DNA from: a virus
Taxonomy: Duplodnaviria; Heunggongvirae; Uroviricota; Caudoviricetes; Herelleviridae
Direction: 5' to 3' (one strand)
IMG/VR virus record: IMGVR_UViG_2974502414_000001
Length of the DNA stretch: 64,000 nucleotides
The position numbers and the translations under genes are program-made. Positions 9,937 through 20,707 of this stretch are shown one piece after another (the first letter of the stretch is position 1; each line of letters starts with the position of its first letter). Under the pieces are notes generated by a model. The model was given only the letters and a program-made list of their open reading frames with translations, was not told the DNA's origin and searched no databases.

Positions 9937-10983
9937 ATGAAAACTAGAAAATTAACTAACATACTATCAAAATTAATAGATAAGACAATGGCAGGTACAA
10001 GCAAGATAACAGACTTTACTCCTGGTTCAGCTTCTCGTTCATTATTAGAAGCTGTATCATTAGAGATAGAGCAATTCTATATTCTAACAAAAGAAAATAT
10101 TGATTGGGGTATACAAGAAGGTATCATTGAAGCTTTTGATTTTCAAAAAAGACAATCTAAAAGAGCTTATGGTGATGTTACTATTCAATTCTACCAACCC
10201 TTAGATATGAGAATGTATATACCCGCAGGAACAACTTTTACTTCAACACGACAAGAATACCCTCAGCAATTTGAAACATTAGTTGATTATTATGCAGAGC
10301 CTGATTCTACTGAGATTGTTGTTGAAGTTTATTGTAAAGAAACAGGGGTTGCAGGTAATGTTCCTGAAGGAACAATTAATACTATAGCATCAGGTTCTAG
10401 TTTGATTAGAAGTGTTAATAACGAGTATTCTTTTAATACAGGAACTAAAGAAGAGAGCCAAGAAGACTTTAAGCGCAGATTCCACTCTTTTGTAGAATCT
10501 AGAGGTAGAGCAACTAATAAATCAGTAAGATATGGTGCACTGCAGATACCTGATGTAGAAGGTGTTTATGTTTATGAAGAAACAGGACATATTACAGTAT
10601 TTGCTCATGATAGAAACGGTAATTTATCAGATACCTTAAAAGAAGATATAATTGATGCTTTACAAGACTATAGACCAAGTGGTATAATGTTAGATGTTAC
10701 AGGTGTAGAAAAAGAAGAAGTTAATGTTTCTGCTACAGTAACTATATCTAATAAATCTAGAATTGGTGATACATTACAAAAACATATCGAAAGTGTTATT
10801 AGAAGCTATTTAAATAATTTAAAAACTTCTGATGACCTAATAATTACAGACCTTATTCAAGCTATAATGAATATTGATGATGTATTAATATATGATGTGT
10901 CATTTGATAACCTAGATGAGAACATTATAGTACCGCCACAAGGAATTATTAGAGCAGGAGAAATAAAAGTAGAACTAAAGTAA
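9937..10983 (+). CDS. Baseplate J-like wedge protein (348 aa)
   Basis: DFTPGS, GVAGNVPEGTIN, GTKEESQEDFKRR motifs typical of baseplate J. Confidence 0.88.
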   Translation: MKTRKLTNILSKLIDKTMAGTSKITDFTPGSASRSLLEAVSLEIEQFYILTKENIDWGIQEGIIEAFDFQKRQSKRAYGDVTIQFYQPLDMRMYIPAGTTFTSTRQEYPQQFETLVDYYAEPDSTEIVVEVYCKETGVAGNVPEGTINTIASGSSLIRSVNNEYSFNTGTKEESQEDFKRRFHSFVESRGRATNKSVRYGALQIPDVEGVYVYEETGHITVFAHDRNGNLSDTLKEDIIDALQDYRPSGIMLDVTGVEKEEVNVSATVTISNKSRIGDTLQKHIESVIRSYLNNLKTSDDLIITDLIQAIMNIDDVLIYDVSFDNLDENIIVPPQGIIRAGEIKVELK

Positions 10984-11003
10984 AGAGAGGTGAAACTTAA
11001 GTC

Positions 11004-14000
11004 GTGGCTAATTTTTTAAAGAATCTTCATCCATTATTAAGAAGAGATAGAAATAAAAAAGATAATCAAGACCCTAACTTTGCTCTGATAGATGCACTCA
11101 ATGAAGAGATGAATCAAGTAGAGAAAGATGCTATAGAAAGTAAGTTACAATCTTCTCTAAAGACATCTACCAGTGAATATTTAGATAAGTTTGGGGATTG
11201 GTTCGGAGTTTATCGTAAGACCGATGAGAAAGATGATGTTTATAGAGCAAGAATTATAAAATATTTACTCTTGAAAAGAGGAACTAATAATGCTATAATA
11301 GATGCTATAAAAGATTATTTAGGTAGAGATGATATTGATGTAAGTGTATATGAACCTTTTACAAATATTTTCTATACTAACAAATCACATTTAAATGGTG
11401 AAGACCACTTAATGGGATACTATTATAGATTTGCTGTTATTAATGTCTCTATAGGTGATTATTTCCCTGTAGAGATTATAGATGTAATTAATGAATTCAA
11501 ACCTGCAGGTGTAACTCTATATGTCACTTATGATGGGGCTTCTACTATTAGAGGTGGAGCAATTATTAAGTGGTTAGATGGGTTACCTAAAATAGAAACA
11601 TACCAAGAGTTTGATAGATTTACAGGTTATGATGATACATTCTATGGTCATATTAATATGAATCAAAGTAAAGATACTGATAACAGTTCATCAGATATTT
11701 TTAAAACAAACCATAGCTTAATTAATAGTTTAGATGTTTTAACAGGTTCATCTAGTGTAGGGAGACAGTATATTAACTACGGATATGTAACATCATATGT
11801 TTATAATCCAGGTATGACATCTTCTGTAAATCAAATAAGCGCTAGTACAGAAGGTAGAGGTCAAGAAGTACCTACTGACTATTATATGTATACTAGTACT
11901 AAGAATAACAATACAGTAGAACTTAGTATGCAAACTACTTCCGGTGTGTCTTATTTATATAATAACTTTAATTTTAGGGACTATATGAGTAAATATAGAC
12001 CTCAAGTAGATTTACAATCTGATGAGGCTAGAAGAATTGTATCTGATTATATAAAAGAATTAAGTATTGATTACTATCTTAGTGCTGTGATACCTCCTGA
12101 TGAAAGTATAGAAATTAAACTACAAGTTTATGATTTTTCTATTAATAGATGGCTTACAGTATCAATTAATAATTTATCTTTCTATGAAAAAAATATCGGG
12201 AGCAATATAGGATATATAAAAGATTATCTAAACAGTGAATTAAATATGTTTACTAGGTTAGAGATAAATGCAGGTAAAAGAGATTCAGTAGATATTAAAG
12301 TTAATTACTTAGATTTAATGTTTTATTACTATGAACGAGGTATTTATACAATAAAACCGTATAAAGCATTAATAGAAAATTATTTAGATATATCTAGAGA
12401 GACTTATGTAGAAGCATTTAAAATAGCATCATTATCTAATGGAGATATTATAACTAAAACAGGTTTTCAGCCTATAGGGTATTTAAAACTAGTTGGTAAT
12501 TATGAAAATACAATACCTAGCACAATAAATATAGTAGCTAAAGATACAGATAATAACCCTATAGAATCTAATGAATTAGATGTATATAATACAGTAGAGA
12601 ATAGAAATTTATTACAATCTTATAAAGGTGTAAATACGATAGCTAGAGAAATAACTTCTACAAAAGAGTTTACTGTATCAGGATGGGCTAAAGAGATATA
12701 CTCAACTAATTATCTTTCTAAAGTATTAAAACCAGGTAAAGTGTATACGTTATCTTTTGATATGGAAATAACAGGTAATGACCCAACTCTTAAATCTTAT
12801 TCTGATAGTCATGGTATATATTTATACAGTAATACTAAGGGAATTGTTGTTAATGGTGTTAAATCTATGGAACGTACTATAGGTAACAAAGTATCCGTAA
12901 CTCAAACTTTTACAGCCCCTACTATTACTGACCATAGATTACTAATATATACTGGAAGATATACATCTGATGGTAAAGCATCAACTCCTCCAGTGTTCTT
13001 TAATACAGTTAAAATTACGGAATTAAAATTGACTGAGGGTTCTTCTAAGCTAGAGTACTCACCTGCTCCGGAAGATAAACCTAACGTAATAGAAAAAGGA
13101 ATTAAATTTAATAATATCCTAACTAATATACAGACTTTAAGTATTAATTCGGATACTATCTTAAAAAATGTAACTTTATATTATTCTTACTATGGTGATA
13201 GTTGGGTAGAACTAAAGACTCTAGGAAATATTAGTACTGGAGAAACAACAGAAACCAATAACTTAATAGATTTATATGGATTACAGACAGTAGATTATTC
13301 TAATATAAATCCAATGTCTAAAGTATCATTACGTTCCATTTGGAATGTTAAGCTAGGTGAATTGAACAATCAAGAAGGTTCTTTATCTAATATGCCTAAT
13401 GATTACTTTAATGCTGTATGGCAGGATATAGATAAATTATCAGATATTGAGCTAGGTTCTATGAGAATGGTTAAAGACACTGAGGGCGGAGTATTCGATG
13501 GAGCTACAGGTGAAATTATTAAGGCTACTCTATTTAATGTCGGTGCTTATACTGATTTAGATATGTTAGCCTATACTTTGACTAATTATACTGAACCGTT
13601 AACGTTAGGCTCTAGTCGATTAATAATTGAGCTAAAAGAAGAACTACTAACATCAGAATCATTTAATGTCGATAATAGAATTAAAGTAATTGACTCAATA
13701 TATGAGGAGTTACCAAATACAAGCATTATTAAAAATGGATTTGTTGAAAGAGAAGTTACAGGTTCTAAATATTTAGATTACGGTTTATATGAGCCTATAG
13801 AAGATGGTACTAGATATAAACTTATTGTCGAAGGAGAATTTAAAGATAATATAGAATTTATATCTTTATACAATTCTAACCCTAACTTTAATGAAACATT
13901 TATATATCCATCAGAGATAATTAATGGAGTTGCTGAAAAAGAATTTATTGCAAAACCATCTACTGAAGACAAACCAAGGTTAAATACAGATGTTAGAATA

Positions 14001-14063
14001 TATATACGACCTTATGATTCAACTATCTCTAAAGTAAGAAGAGTAGAATTAAGGAAAGTTTAA
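11004..14063 (+). CDS. Large baseplate wedge protein (1019 aa) with internal carbohydrate-binding-like module
   Basis: GTG start behind GAGAGG; N-terminal YLDKFGDWFGVYRK...YRARI and KPAGV motifs of tail-I/gp7-like wedge proteins. Confidence 0.75.
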   Translation: MANFLKNLHPLLRRDRNKKDNQDPNFALIDALNEEMNQVEKDAIESKLQSSLKTSTSEYLDKFGDWFGVYRKTDEKDDVYRARIIKYLLLKRGTNNAIIDAIKDYLGRDDIDVSVYEPFTNIFYTNKSHLNGEDHLMGYYYRFAVINVSIGDYFPVEIIDVINEFKPAGVTLYVTYDGASTIRGGAIIKWLDGLPKIETYQEFDRFTGYDDTFYGHINMNQSKDTDNSSSDIFKTNHSLINSLDVLTGSSSVGRQYINYGYVTSYVYNPGMTSSVNQISASTEGRGQEVPTDYYMYTSTKNNNTVELSMQTTSGVSYLYNNFNFRDYMSKYRPQVDLQSDEARRIVSDYIKELSIDYYLSAVIPPDESIEIKLQVYDFSINRWLTVSINNLSFYEKNIGSNIGYIKDYLNSELNMFTRLEINAGKRDSVDIKVNYLDLMFYYYERGIYTIKPYKALIENYLDISRETYVEAFKIASLSNGDIITKTGFQPIGYLKLVGNYENTIPSTINIVAKDTDNNPIESNELDVYNTVENRNLLQSYKGVNTIAREITSTKEFTVSGWAKEIYSTNYLSKVLKPGKVYTLSFDMEITGNDPTLKSYSDSHGIYLYSNTKGIVVNGVKSMERTIGNKVSVTQTFTAPTITDHRLLIYTGRYTSDGKASTPPVFFNTVKITELKLTEGSSKLEYSPAPEDKPNVIEKGIKFNNILTNIQTLSINSDTILKNVTLYYSYYGDSWVELKTLGNISTGETTETNNLIDLYGLQTVDYSNINPMSKVSLRSIWNVKLGELNNQEGSLSNMPNDYFNAVWQDIDKLSDIELGSMRMVKDTEGGVFDGATGEIIKATLFNVGAYTDLDMLAYTLTNYTEPLTLGSSRLIIELKEELLTSESFNVDNRIKVIDSIYEELPNTSIIKNGFVEREVTGSKYLDYGLYEPIEDGTRYKLIVEGEFKDNIEFISLYNSNPNFNETFIYPSEIINGVAEKEFIAKPSTEDKPRLNTDVRIYIRPYDSTISKVRRVELRKV

Positions 14064-14071
14064 TAAATAAG

Positions 14072-14100
14072 TTGACAGAAAGTTAATAATATGGTATACT
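14072..14100 (+). promoter_or_regulatory. sigmaA-type promoter TTGACA-N17-TATACT
   Basis: Perfect -35, TGG extension, -10. Confidence 0.8.
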
Positions 14101-14128
14101 TATAAAGTAATATTTAGTGGGTATACCA

Positions 14129-14138
14129 TGTTATATTA
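14129..14138 (+). promoter_or_regulatory. Putative late promoter TGTTATATTA
   Basis: Exact match to the recalled Kayvirus late motif, 35 nt before a structural gene. Confidence 0.7.
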
Positions 14139-14158
14139 ATAAAGAAAACAACAGATGA

Positions 14159-14695
<537 letters not shown>

Positions 14696-14715
14696 AGAAA
14701 GGGAGATAATTCTAA

Positions 14716-17700
14716 ATGGCAATTAATTTTAAAGGTTCACCTTATTTAGATAGATTTGACCCGTCTAAAGATAGAACAAAAGTATTATTTAATCCTGATA
14801 GACCTCTACAACAGGCAGAATTAAATGAAATGCAGTCTATAGACCAATATTATTTAAAAAATCTAGGAGACGCTATTTTTAAAGACGGAGATAAACAATC
14901 AGGGCTTGGATTCACATTGTCTGAAGATAATGTATTGACAGTAAATCCTGGTTATGTATATATCAATGGTAAAATAAGATATTACGATAATGACGATTCA
15001 GTTAAAATAACTGGCGTAGGTAAAGAAACTATTGGTATTAAATTAACAGAACGTATTGTTACACCTGATGAAGATGCTAGCCTATTAGACCAAACTAGTG
15101 GAGTACCAAGTTACTTCTCTAAAGGTGCAGATAGATTAGAAGAAAAGATGTCATTAACAGTTAATGACCCGACATCAGCAACTATTTATACTTTCATGGA
15201 TGGGGATTTATATATTCAATCAACTAATGCTGAGATGGATAAAATCAACAAATTATTAGCTGAACGTACTTATGATGAGTCAGGTTCATATAAAGTAAAT
15301 GGTTTTGAACTATTTTCAGAAGGTAATGCTGAAGATGATGACCACGTTTCTGTAGTTGTAGATGCAGGTAAAGCCTATGTAAAAGGTTTTAAAGTAGACA
15401 AACCCGTATCAACAAGAATTAGTGTACCTAAATCTTATGACTTAGGAACAGCAGAAAATGAAAGTACTATCTTTAATAAGTCTAATAACTCTATTAGTTT
15501 AGCTAATAGCCCTGTAAAAGAAATTAGACGTGTTACAGGTCAAGTACTTATTGAAAAAGAACGAGTTACAAGAGGAGCTCAAGGTGATGGTCAAGATTTT
15601 CTTTCAAATAATACAGCATTTGAAATTGTAAAAGTTTGGACTGAAACAAGCCCTGGAGTTACTACAAAAGAGTATAAACAAGGAGAAGACTTCAGATTAA
15701 CAGATGGTCAAACAATTGATTGGTCACCTCAAGGTCAAGAACCTTCAGGAGGTACTTCATACTACGTTTCTTATAAATATAACAAACGTATGGAAGCCGG
15801 TAAGGATTATGAAGTAACAACTCAAGGTGAAGGGTTAAGTAAGAAATGGTACATTAACTTTACACCTTCAAATGGTGCTAAACCTATTGACCAAACAGTA
15901 GTATTAGTAGACTATACTTACTACTTGGCTCGTAAAGATTCAGTGTTTATTAATAAGTATGGTGATATTGCAATATTACCTGGTGAACCTAATATTATGA
16001 GATTAGTTACACCACCATTAAACACAGACCCTGAGAATTTACAATTAGGTACAGTTACAGTATTACCTGATTCAGATGAAGCCGTATGTATTTCATTTGC
16101 AATCACTAGATTGTCTATGGAAGACTTACAGAAAGTTAAAACAAGAGTAGATAACTTAGAGTATAACCAAGCAGTAAATGCTCTAGATGATGGTGCTATG
16201 GAAGGACAGAACCCTCTAACATTACGTTCAGTATTCAGTGAAGGTTTCATTAGTCTTGACAAAGCAGACATTACACATCCTGACTTCGGAATTGTATTTA
16301 GTTTTGAAGATGCAGAAGCTACTCTAGCTTATACAGAAGCAGTTAACCAACCTAAGATTATTCCAGGAGATACAACAGCTCATATTTGGGGTAGATTAAT
16401 TTCAGCACCATTTACTGAGGAACGTACAATCTACCAAGGTCAAGCATCAGAAACATTAAATGTTAACCCTTATAATATTCCTAACAAACAAGGTGTGTTA
16501 AAATTAACACCTAGTGAGGATAACTGGATTGATACTGAAAATGTTACAATCACTGAACAAAAAACTAAAAAAGTAACTATGAAACGATTTTGGAGACATA
16601 ATGAAAGTTACTATGGTGAGACTGAGCATTACTTGTATTCTAACTTACAGTTAGATGCAGGACAAAAGTGGAAAGGTGAAACTTACGCTTATGATAGAGA
16701 GCATGGTCGTACCGGTACTTTATTGGAATCAGGAGGACAACGTACTCTAGAAGAAATGATTGAATTCATTAGAATCAGAGATGTATCCTTCGAAGTTAAA
16801 GGACTAAACCCTAATGATAATAATTTATATTTATTATTTGATGGAGTAAGATGTGCTATAACACCTGCAACTGGCTATAGAAAAGGCTCTGAAGATGGTA
16901 CGATAATGACAGATGCTAAAGGAACAGCTAAAGGTAAGTTTACTATTCCTGCAGGTATTCGTTGTGGTAACCGAGAAGTTACACTTAAGAATGCTAACTC
17001 TACAAGTGCTACAACTTACACAGCCCAAGGACGTAAAAAAACCTCTCAAGATATTATTATCAGAACTCGTGTAACAGTAAACTTAGTAGACCCGTTAGCA
17101 CAATCATTCCAATATGATGAGAATAGAACTATATCATCATTAGGATTATACTTTGCTTCTAAAGGTGATAAACAATCTAATGTTGTTATCCAAATTAGAG
17201 GTATGGGTGACCAAGGTTATCCTAATAAAACAATCTATGCAGAAACAGTTATGAATGCTGATGATATTAAAGTATCTAATAATGCTAGTGCTGAAACTAG
17301 AGTATACTTTGATGACCCTATGATGGCTGAAGGCGGTAAGGAGTACGCTATTGTTATTATTACTGAGAACAGTGATTATACAATGTGGGTAGGTACTAGA
17401 ACTAAGCCTAAAATTGATAAACCTAATGAGGTTATTTCAGGTAATCCATACCTACAAGGTGTATTATTCAGTTCATCAAACGCATCAACATGGACTCCTC
17501 ACCAAAACTCTGACCTTAAATTTGGTATTTATACTTCTAAATTTAATGAGACAGCAACGATTGAATTCGAACCAATTAAAGATGTATCAGCGGATAGAAT
17601 AGTTCTTATGTCTACGTACTTAACTCCTGAGAGAACAGGATGTACGTGGGAAATGAAATTAATTCTAGATGATATGGCATCTTCTACAACATTCGACCAA

Positions 17701-18174
17701 TTGAAATGGGAGCCTATCGGTAACTATCAAGACTTAGATGTTTTAGGTCTAGCAAGACAAGTTAAGTTAAGAGCAACTTTCGAATCTAATAGATATATCT
17801 CACCATTAATGAGCTCTAGTGATTTAACATTCACTACATTCTTAACAGAGTTAACAGGTTCATATGTTGGTAGAGCTATTGATATGACAGAGGCTCCTTA
17901 CAATACAGTAAGATTTAGTTATGAAGCTTTCTTACCTAAAGGTACTAAAGTTGTTCCTAAGTATTCTGCGGATGATGGAAAAACTTGGAAAACATTTACT
18001 AAATCCCCTACAACTACTAGAGCCAATAATGAGTTTACACGCTATGTCATTGACGAGAAAGTAAAATCATCAGGAACAAATACTAAACTACAAGTTAGAT
18101 TAGATTTATCAACTGAAAATAGCTTTTTACGTCCTCGTGTTCGTAGACTTATGGTTACTACTAGGGATGAATAA
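14716..18174 (+). CDS. Adsorption-associated tail/baseplate protein (DUF4815-like, 1152 aa)
   Basis: PYLDRFDPSKDRTKVLFNPDRPLQQAELNEMQS and RTYDESGSYKV motifs; conserved Kayvirus position. Confidence 0.8.
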   Translation: MAINFKGSPYLDRFDPSKDRTKVLFNPDRPLQQAELNEMQSIDQYYLKNLGDAIFKDGDKQSGLGFTLSEDNVLTVNPGYVYINGKIRYYDNDDSVKITGVGKETIGIKLTERIVTPDEDASLLDQTSGVPSYFSKGADRLEEKMSLTVNDPTSATIYTFMDGDLYIQSTNAEMDKINKLLAERTYDESGSYKVNGFELFSEGNAEDDDHVSVVVDAGKAYVKGFKVDKPVSTRISVPKSYDLGTAENESTIFNKSNNSISLANSPVKEIRRVTGQVLIEKERVTRGAQGDGQDFLSNNTAFEIVKVWTETSPGVTTKEYKQGEDFRLTDGQTIDWSPQGQEPSGGTSYYVSYKYNKRMEAGKDYEVTTQGEGLSKKWYINFTPSNGAKPIDQTVVLVDYTYYLARKDSVFINKYGDIAILPGEPNIMRLVTPPLNTDPENLQLGTVTVLPDSDEAVCISFAITRLSMEDLQKVKTRVDNLEYNQAVNALDDGAMEGQNPLTLRSVFSEGFISLDKADITHPDFGIVFSFEDAEATLAYTEAVNQPKIIPGDTTAHIWGRLISAPFTEERTIYQGQASETLNVNPYNIPNKQGVLKLTPSEDNWIDTENVTITEQKTKKVTMKRFWRHNESYYGETEHYLYSNLQLDAGQKWKGETYAYDREHGRTGTLLESGGQRTLEEMIEFIRIRDVSFEVKGLNPNDNNLYLLFDGVRCAITPATGYRKGSEDGTIMTDAKGTAKGKFTIPAGIRCGNREVTLKNANSTSATTYTAQGRKKTSQDIIIRTRVTVNLVDPLAQSFQYDENRTISSLGLYFASKGDKQSNVVIQIRGMGDQGYPNKTIYAETVMNADDIKVSNNASAETRVYFDDPMMAEGGKEYAIVIITENSDYTMWVGTRTKPKIDKPNEVISGNPYLQGVLFSSSNASTWTPHQNSDLKFGIYTSKFNETATIEFEPIKDVSADRIVLMSTYLTPERTGCTWEMKLILDDMASSTTFDQLKWEPIGNYQDLDVLGLARQVKLRATFESNRYISPLMSSSDLTFTTFLTELTGSYVGRAIDMTEAPYNTVRFSYEAFLPKGTKVVPKYSADDGKTWKTFTKSPTTTRANNEFTRYVIDEKVKSSGTNTKLQVRLDLSTENSFLRPRVRRLMVTTRDE

Positions 18175-18177
18175 ACT

Positions 18178-18205
18178 AGAGGGGTTGATTGACCCCTCTT
18201 TATTT
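18178..18205 (+). terminator. Rho-independent terminator
   Basis: AGAGGGGT-tgattg-ACCCCTCT then TTATTT. Confidence 0.75.
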
Positions 18206-18222
18206 AATAAGGAGAGATTTAT

Positions 18223-18381
18223 ATGCCTAGAGAAGTTAGAGACCCTTATTCTCAAGCTAAATTATTTATACCTACAGTTGAGGAAAAATCAATTAAGGAA
18301 TTAGAAAAAACATACAAAGAAAAAATTGATGAAGCTACTAAGTTAATCAATGAATTAAAGAAAGAGAGAGGAGAAAAATAG
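18223..18381 (+). CDS. Small coiled-coil protein (52 aa, MPREVRDPYSQAKLFIP...), missed by ORF track
   Basis: RBS AAGGAGAG; open frame to TAG abutting the next ATG. Confidence 0.8.
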   Translation: MPREVRDPYSQAKLFIPTVEEKSIKELEKTYKEKIDEATKLINELKKERGEK

Positions 18382-20304
18382 ATGGCATTTAACTACACGC
18401 CTCTTACTGAAACACAGAAGTTAAAAGATATGTATCCTAAAGTTAATGATATAGGTAACTTTTTAAAAACAGAAGTTAACCTTAGTGATGTAAAACAGAT
18501 ATCACAACCCGACTTTAATAATATTTTAGCATCTATACCTGATAGTGGTAACTATTATGTAACTAATTCAAAAGGTGCTCCTAGTGGAGAAGCTACAGCA
18601 GGATTTGTAAGATTGGATAAAAGAAATGTAAATTATTATAAAATTTACTATTCACCATATAGCAGTAACAAAATGTATATCAAGACTTATGCTAATGGTA
18701 CTGTATATGATTGGATTAGTTTTAAATTAGATGAAGGTAGCTTATACAATGAAGGTAATACTTTGAATGTAAAGGAACTTACTGAATCCACAACTCAATA
18801 TGCAACACTAGTTAATCCTCCAAAAGAGAACTTAAATACAGGTTGGGTTAATTACAAAGAAAGTAAAAATGGTGTTTCTTCTTTAGTAGAATTTAACCCG
18901 GTTAACTCCACTTCAACTTTTAAGATGATAAGAAAGTTACCAGTACAAGAACAAAAGCCTAACTTATTGAAAGATAGTTTATTTGTTTATCCTGAAACTA
19001 GCTATTCTAATATTAAAACAGATAACTGGGATACGCCTCCATTTTGGGGATATTCTTCTAATAGTGGTCGTTCAGGAGTTAGATTTAGAGGAGAGAATAC
19101 AGTACAGATAGATGATGGGTCTGATACGTACCCTTCAGTAGTTTCTAATAGGTTTAAAATGGGTAAAGAACTTTCTGTAGGTGATACTGTAACGGTATCA
19201 GTATATGCTAAAATTAATGACCCTGCTTTACTTAAAGATAACTTAGTTTACTTTGAATTAGCAGGATACGATACTGTAGATGATACTAGTAAAAATCCTT
19301 ATACAGGAGGACGTAGAGAAATAACAGCAAGTGAGATAACAACTGAGTGGAAAAAATACTCTTTCACATTCACTATACCTGAAAATACAATCGGAGCATC
19401 AGGCGTTAAAGTTAATTACGTATCTTTACTACTAAGAATGAATTGTTCATCTAGTAAAGGTAATGGTGCTGTAGTATACTATGCCTTACCTAAATTAGAA
19501 AAATCATCTAAAGTTACACCATTTATTACACATGAAAATGATGTTCGTAAATATGATGAGATTTGGTCTAATTGGCAAGAATTTATTAGTAAAGATGAAT
19601 TAAAAGGTCACTCCCCTGTAGATATTGAATATAATGATTATTTTAAATATCAGTGGTGGAAATCTGAAGTTAATGAAAAGAGTTTAAAAGATTTAGCTAT
19701 GACAGTACATCAAGGATATCATACATTTTATTGTCAAGGCTCTATTGCCGGGACGCCTAAGGGACGTTCTATTAGAGGAACCATTCAGGTAGATTATGAC
19801 AAAGGTGACCCATATAGAGCTAATAAGTTTGTTAAATTATTGTTTACTGACACAGAGGGTATTCCTTACACATTATATTATGGTGGTTATAACCAGGGTT
19901 GGAAACCCTTAAAGCAATCAGAAACTTCTACTTTACTATGGAAAGGTAGTTTAGATTTTGGGTCTACGGAAGCTGTTAACTTAAATGACTCATTAGATAA
20001 TTACGATTTAATTGAGGTAACTTATTGGACTCGTTCAGCAGGACATTTTTCTACAAAAAGATTAGATGTAAAAAATACATCAAATTTACTGTATATTAGA
20101 GATTTTAATATTTCAAATGATAGTACAGGTTCTAGTGTAGACTTTTTTGAAGGGTATTGCACTTTTCCTACTAGAACATCAGTACAACCTGGTATGGTAA
20201 AATCTATATCTTTAGACGGGTCTACAAATACAACAAAAGTAGCATCATGGAATGAAAAGGAACGTATAAAGGTATACAATATTATGGGAATTAATAGAGG
20301 ATAA
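18382..20304 (+). CDS. Tail fibre / receptor-binding protein with carbohydrate-binding module (640 aa)
   Basis: Fibre-like repeats, PNLLKDS...PKLEKSS CBM-like insert, C-terminal LLWKG...NLNDSLDNY tip domain; corresponds to the first Kayvirus RBP from memory. Confidence 0.75.
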   Translation: MAFNYTPLTETQKLKDMYPKVNDIGNFLKTEVNLSDVKQISQPDFNNILASIPDSGNYYVTNSKGAPSGEATAGFVRLDKRNVNYYKIYYSPYSSNKMYIKTYANGTVYDWISFKLDEGSLYNEGNTLNVKELTESTTQYATLVNPPKENLNTGWVNYKESKNGVSSLVEFNPVNSTSTFKMIRKLPVQEQKPNLLKDSLFVYPETSYSNIKTDNWDTPPFWGYSSNSGRSGVRFRGENTVQIDDGSDTYPSVVSNRFKMGKELSVGDTVTVSVYAKINDPALLKDNLVYFELAGYDTVDDTSKNPYTGGRREITASEITTEWKKYSFTFTIPENTIGASGVKVNYVSLLLRMNCSSSKGNGAVVYYALPKLEKSSKVTPFITHENDVRKYDEIWSNWQEFISKDELKGHSPVDIEYNDYFKYQWWKSEVNEKSLKDLAMTVHQGYHTFYCQGSIAGTPKGRSIRGTIQVDYDKGDPYRANKFVKLLFTDTEGIPYTLYYGGYNQGWKPLKQSETSTLLWKGSLDFGSTEAVNLNDSLDNYDLIEVTYWTRSAGHFSTKRLDVKNTSNLLYIRDFNISNDSTGSSVDFFEGYCTFPTRTSVQPGMVKSISLDGSTNTTKVASWNEKERIKVYNIMGINRG

Positions 20305-20326
20305 AGAAAGGTGGAATAAAAAAACT

Positions 20327-20701
20327 ATGGCTGTTAAATATGATATAGGTAATAATGAGATAGTATTACATTTAAGAGAAGGTAAATATATAACAGGGTT
20401 TACAACAGTAGGAGGGTATGATAAGGAGTTAGGACAAGTAAAAGTTAATAGAGAAATCTTACCTGCTTACTTCTTTGATAATTTTGCCTATGAAAGATAT
20501 TTGTATTATAGTAAACCTGAAGAGGTTATAGAAAATAAAAACTATGTACCACCACAAATCAATGATGATGATGAGGAATCCCAACAAATTACTGTACCTA
20601 AAGAACAATATGATAGTTTAAAAGAAGAACTAGAGCTTATGAGAAAACAACAAGAAGCTATGATGGAAATGCTTCAAAAGCTCTTAGGTCAAAAGGGGTA
20701 A
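20327..20701 (+). CDS. Small tail-fibre-associated protein / putative assembly chaperone (124 aa)
   Basis: Lies between two RBPs; C-terminal coiled coil. Confidence 0.55.
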   Translation: MAVKYDIGNNEIVLHLREGKYITGFTTVGGYDKELGQVKVNREILPAYFFDNFAYERYLYYSKPEEVIENKNYVPPQINDDDEESQQITVPKEQYDSLKEELELMRKQQEAMMEMLQKLLGQKG

Positions 20702-20707
20702 TTATAA

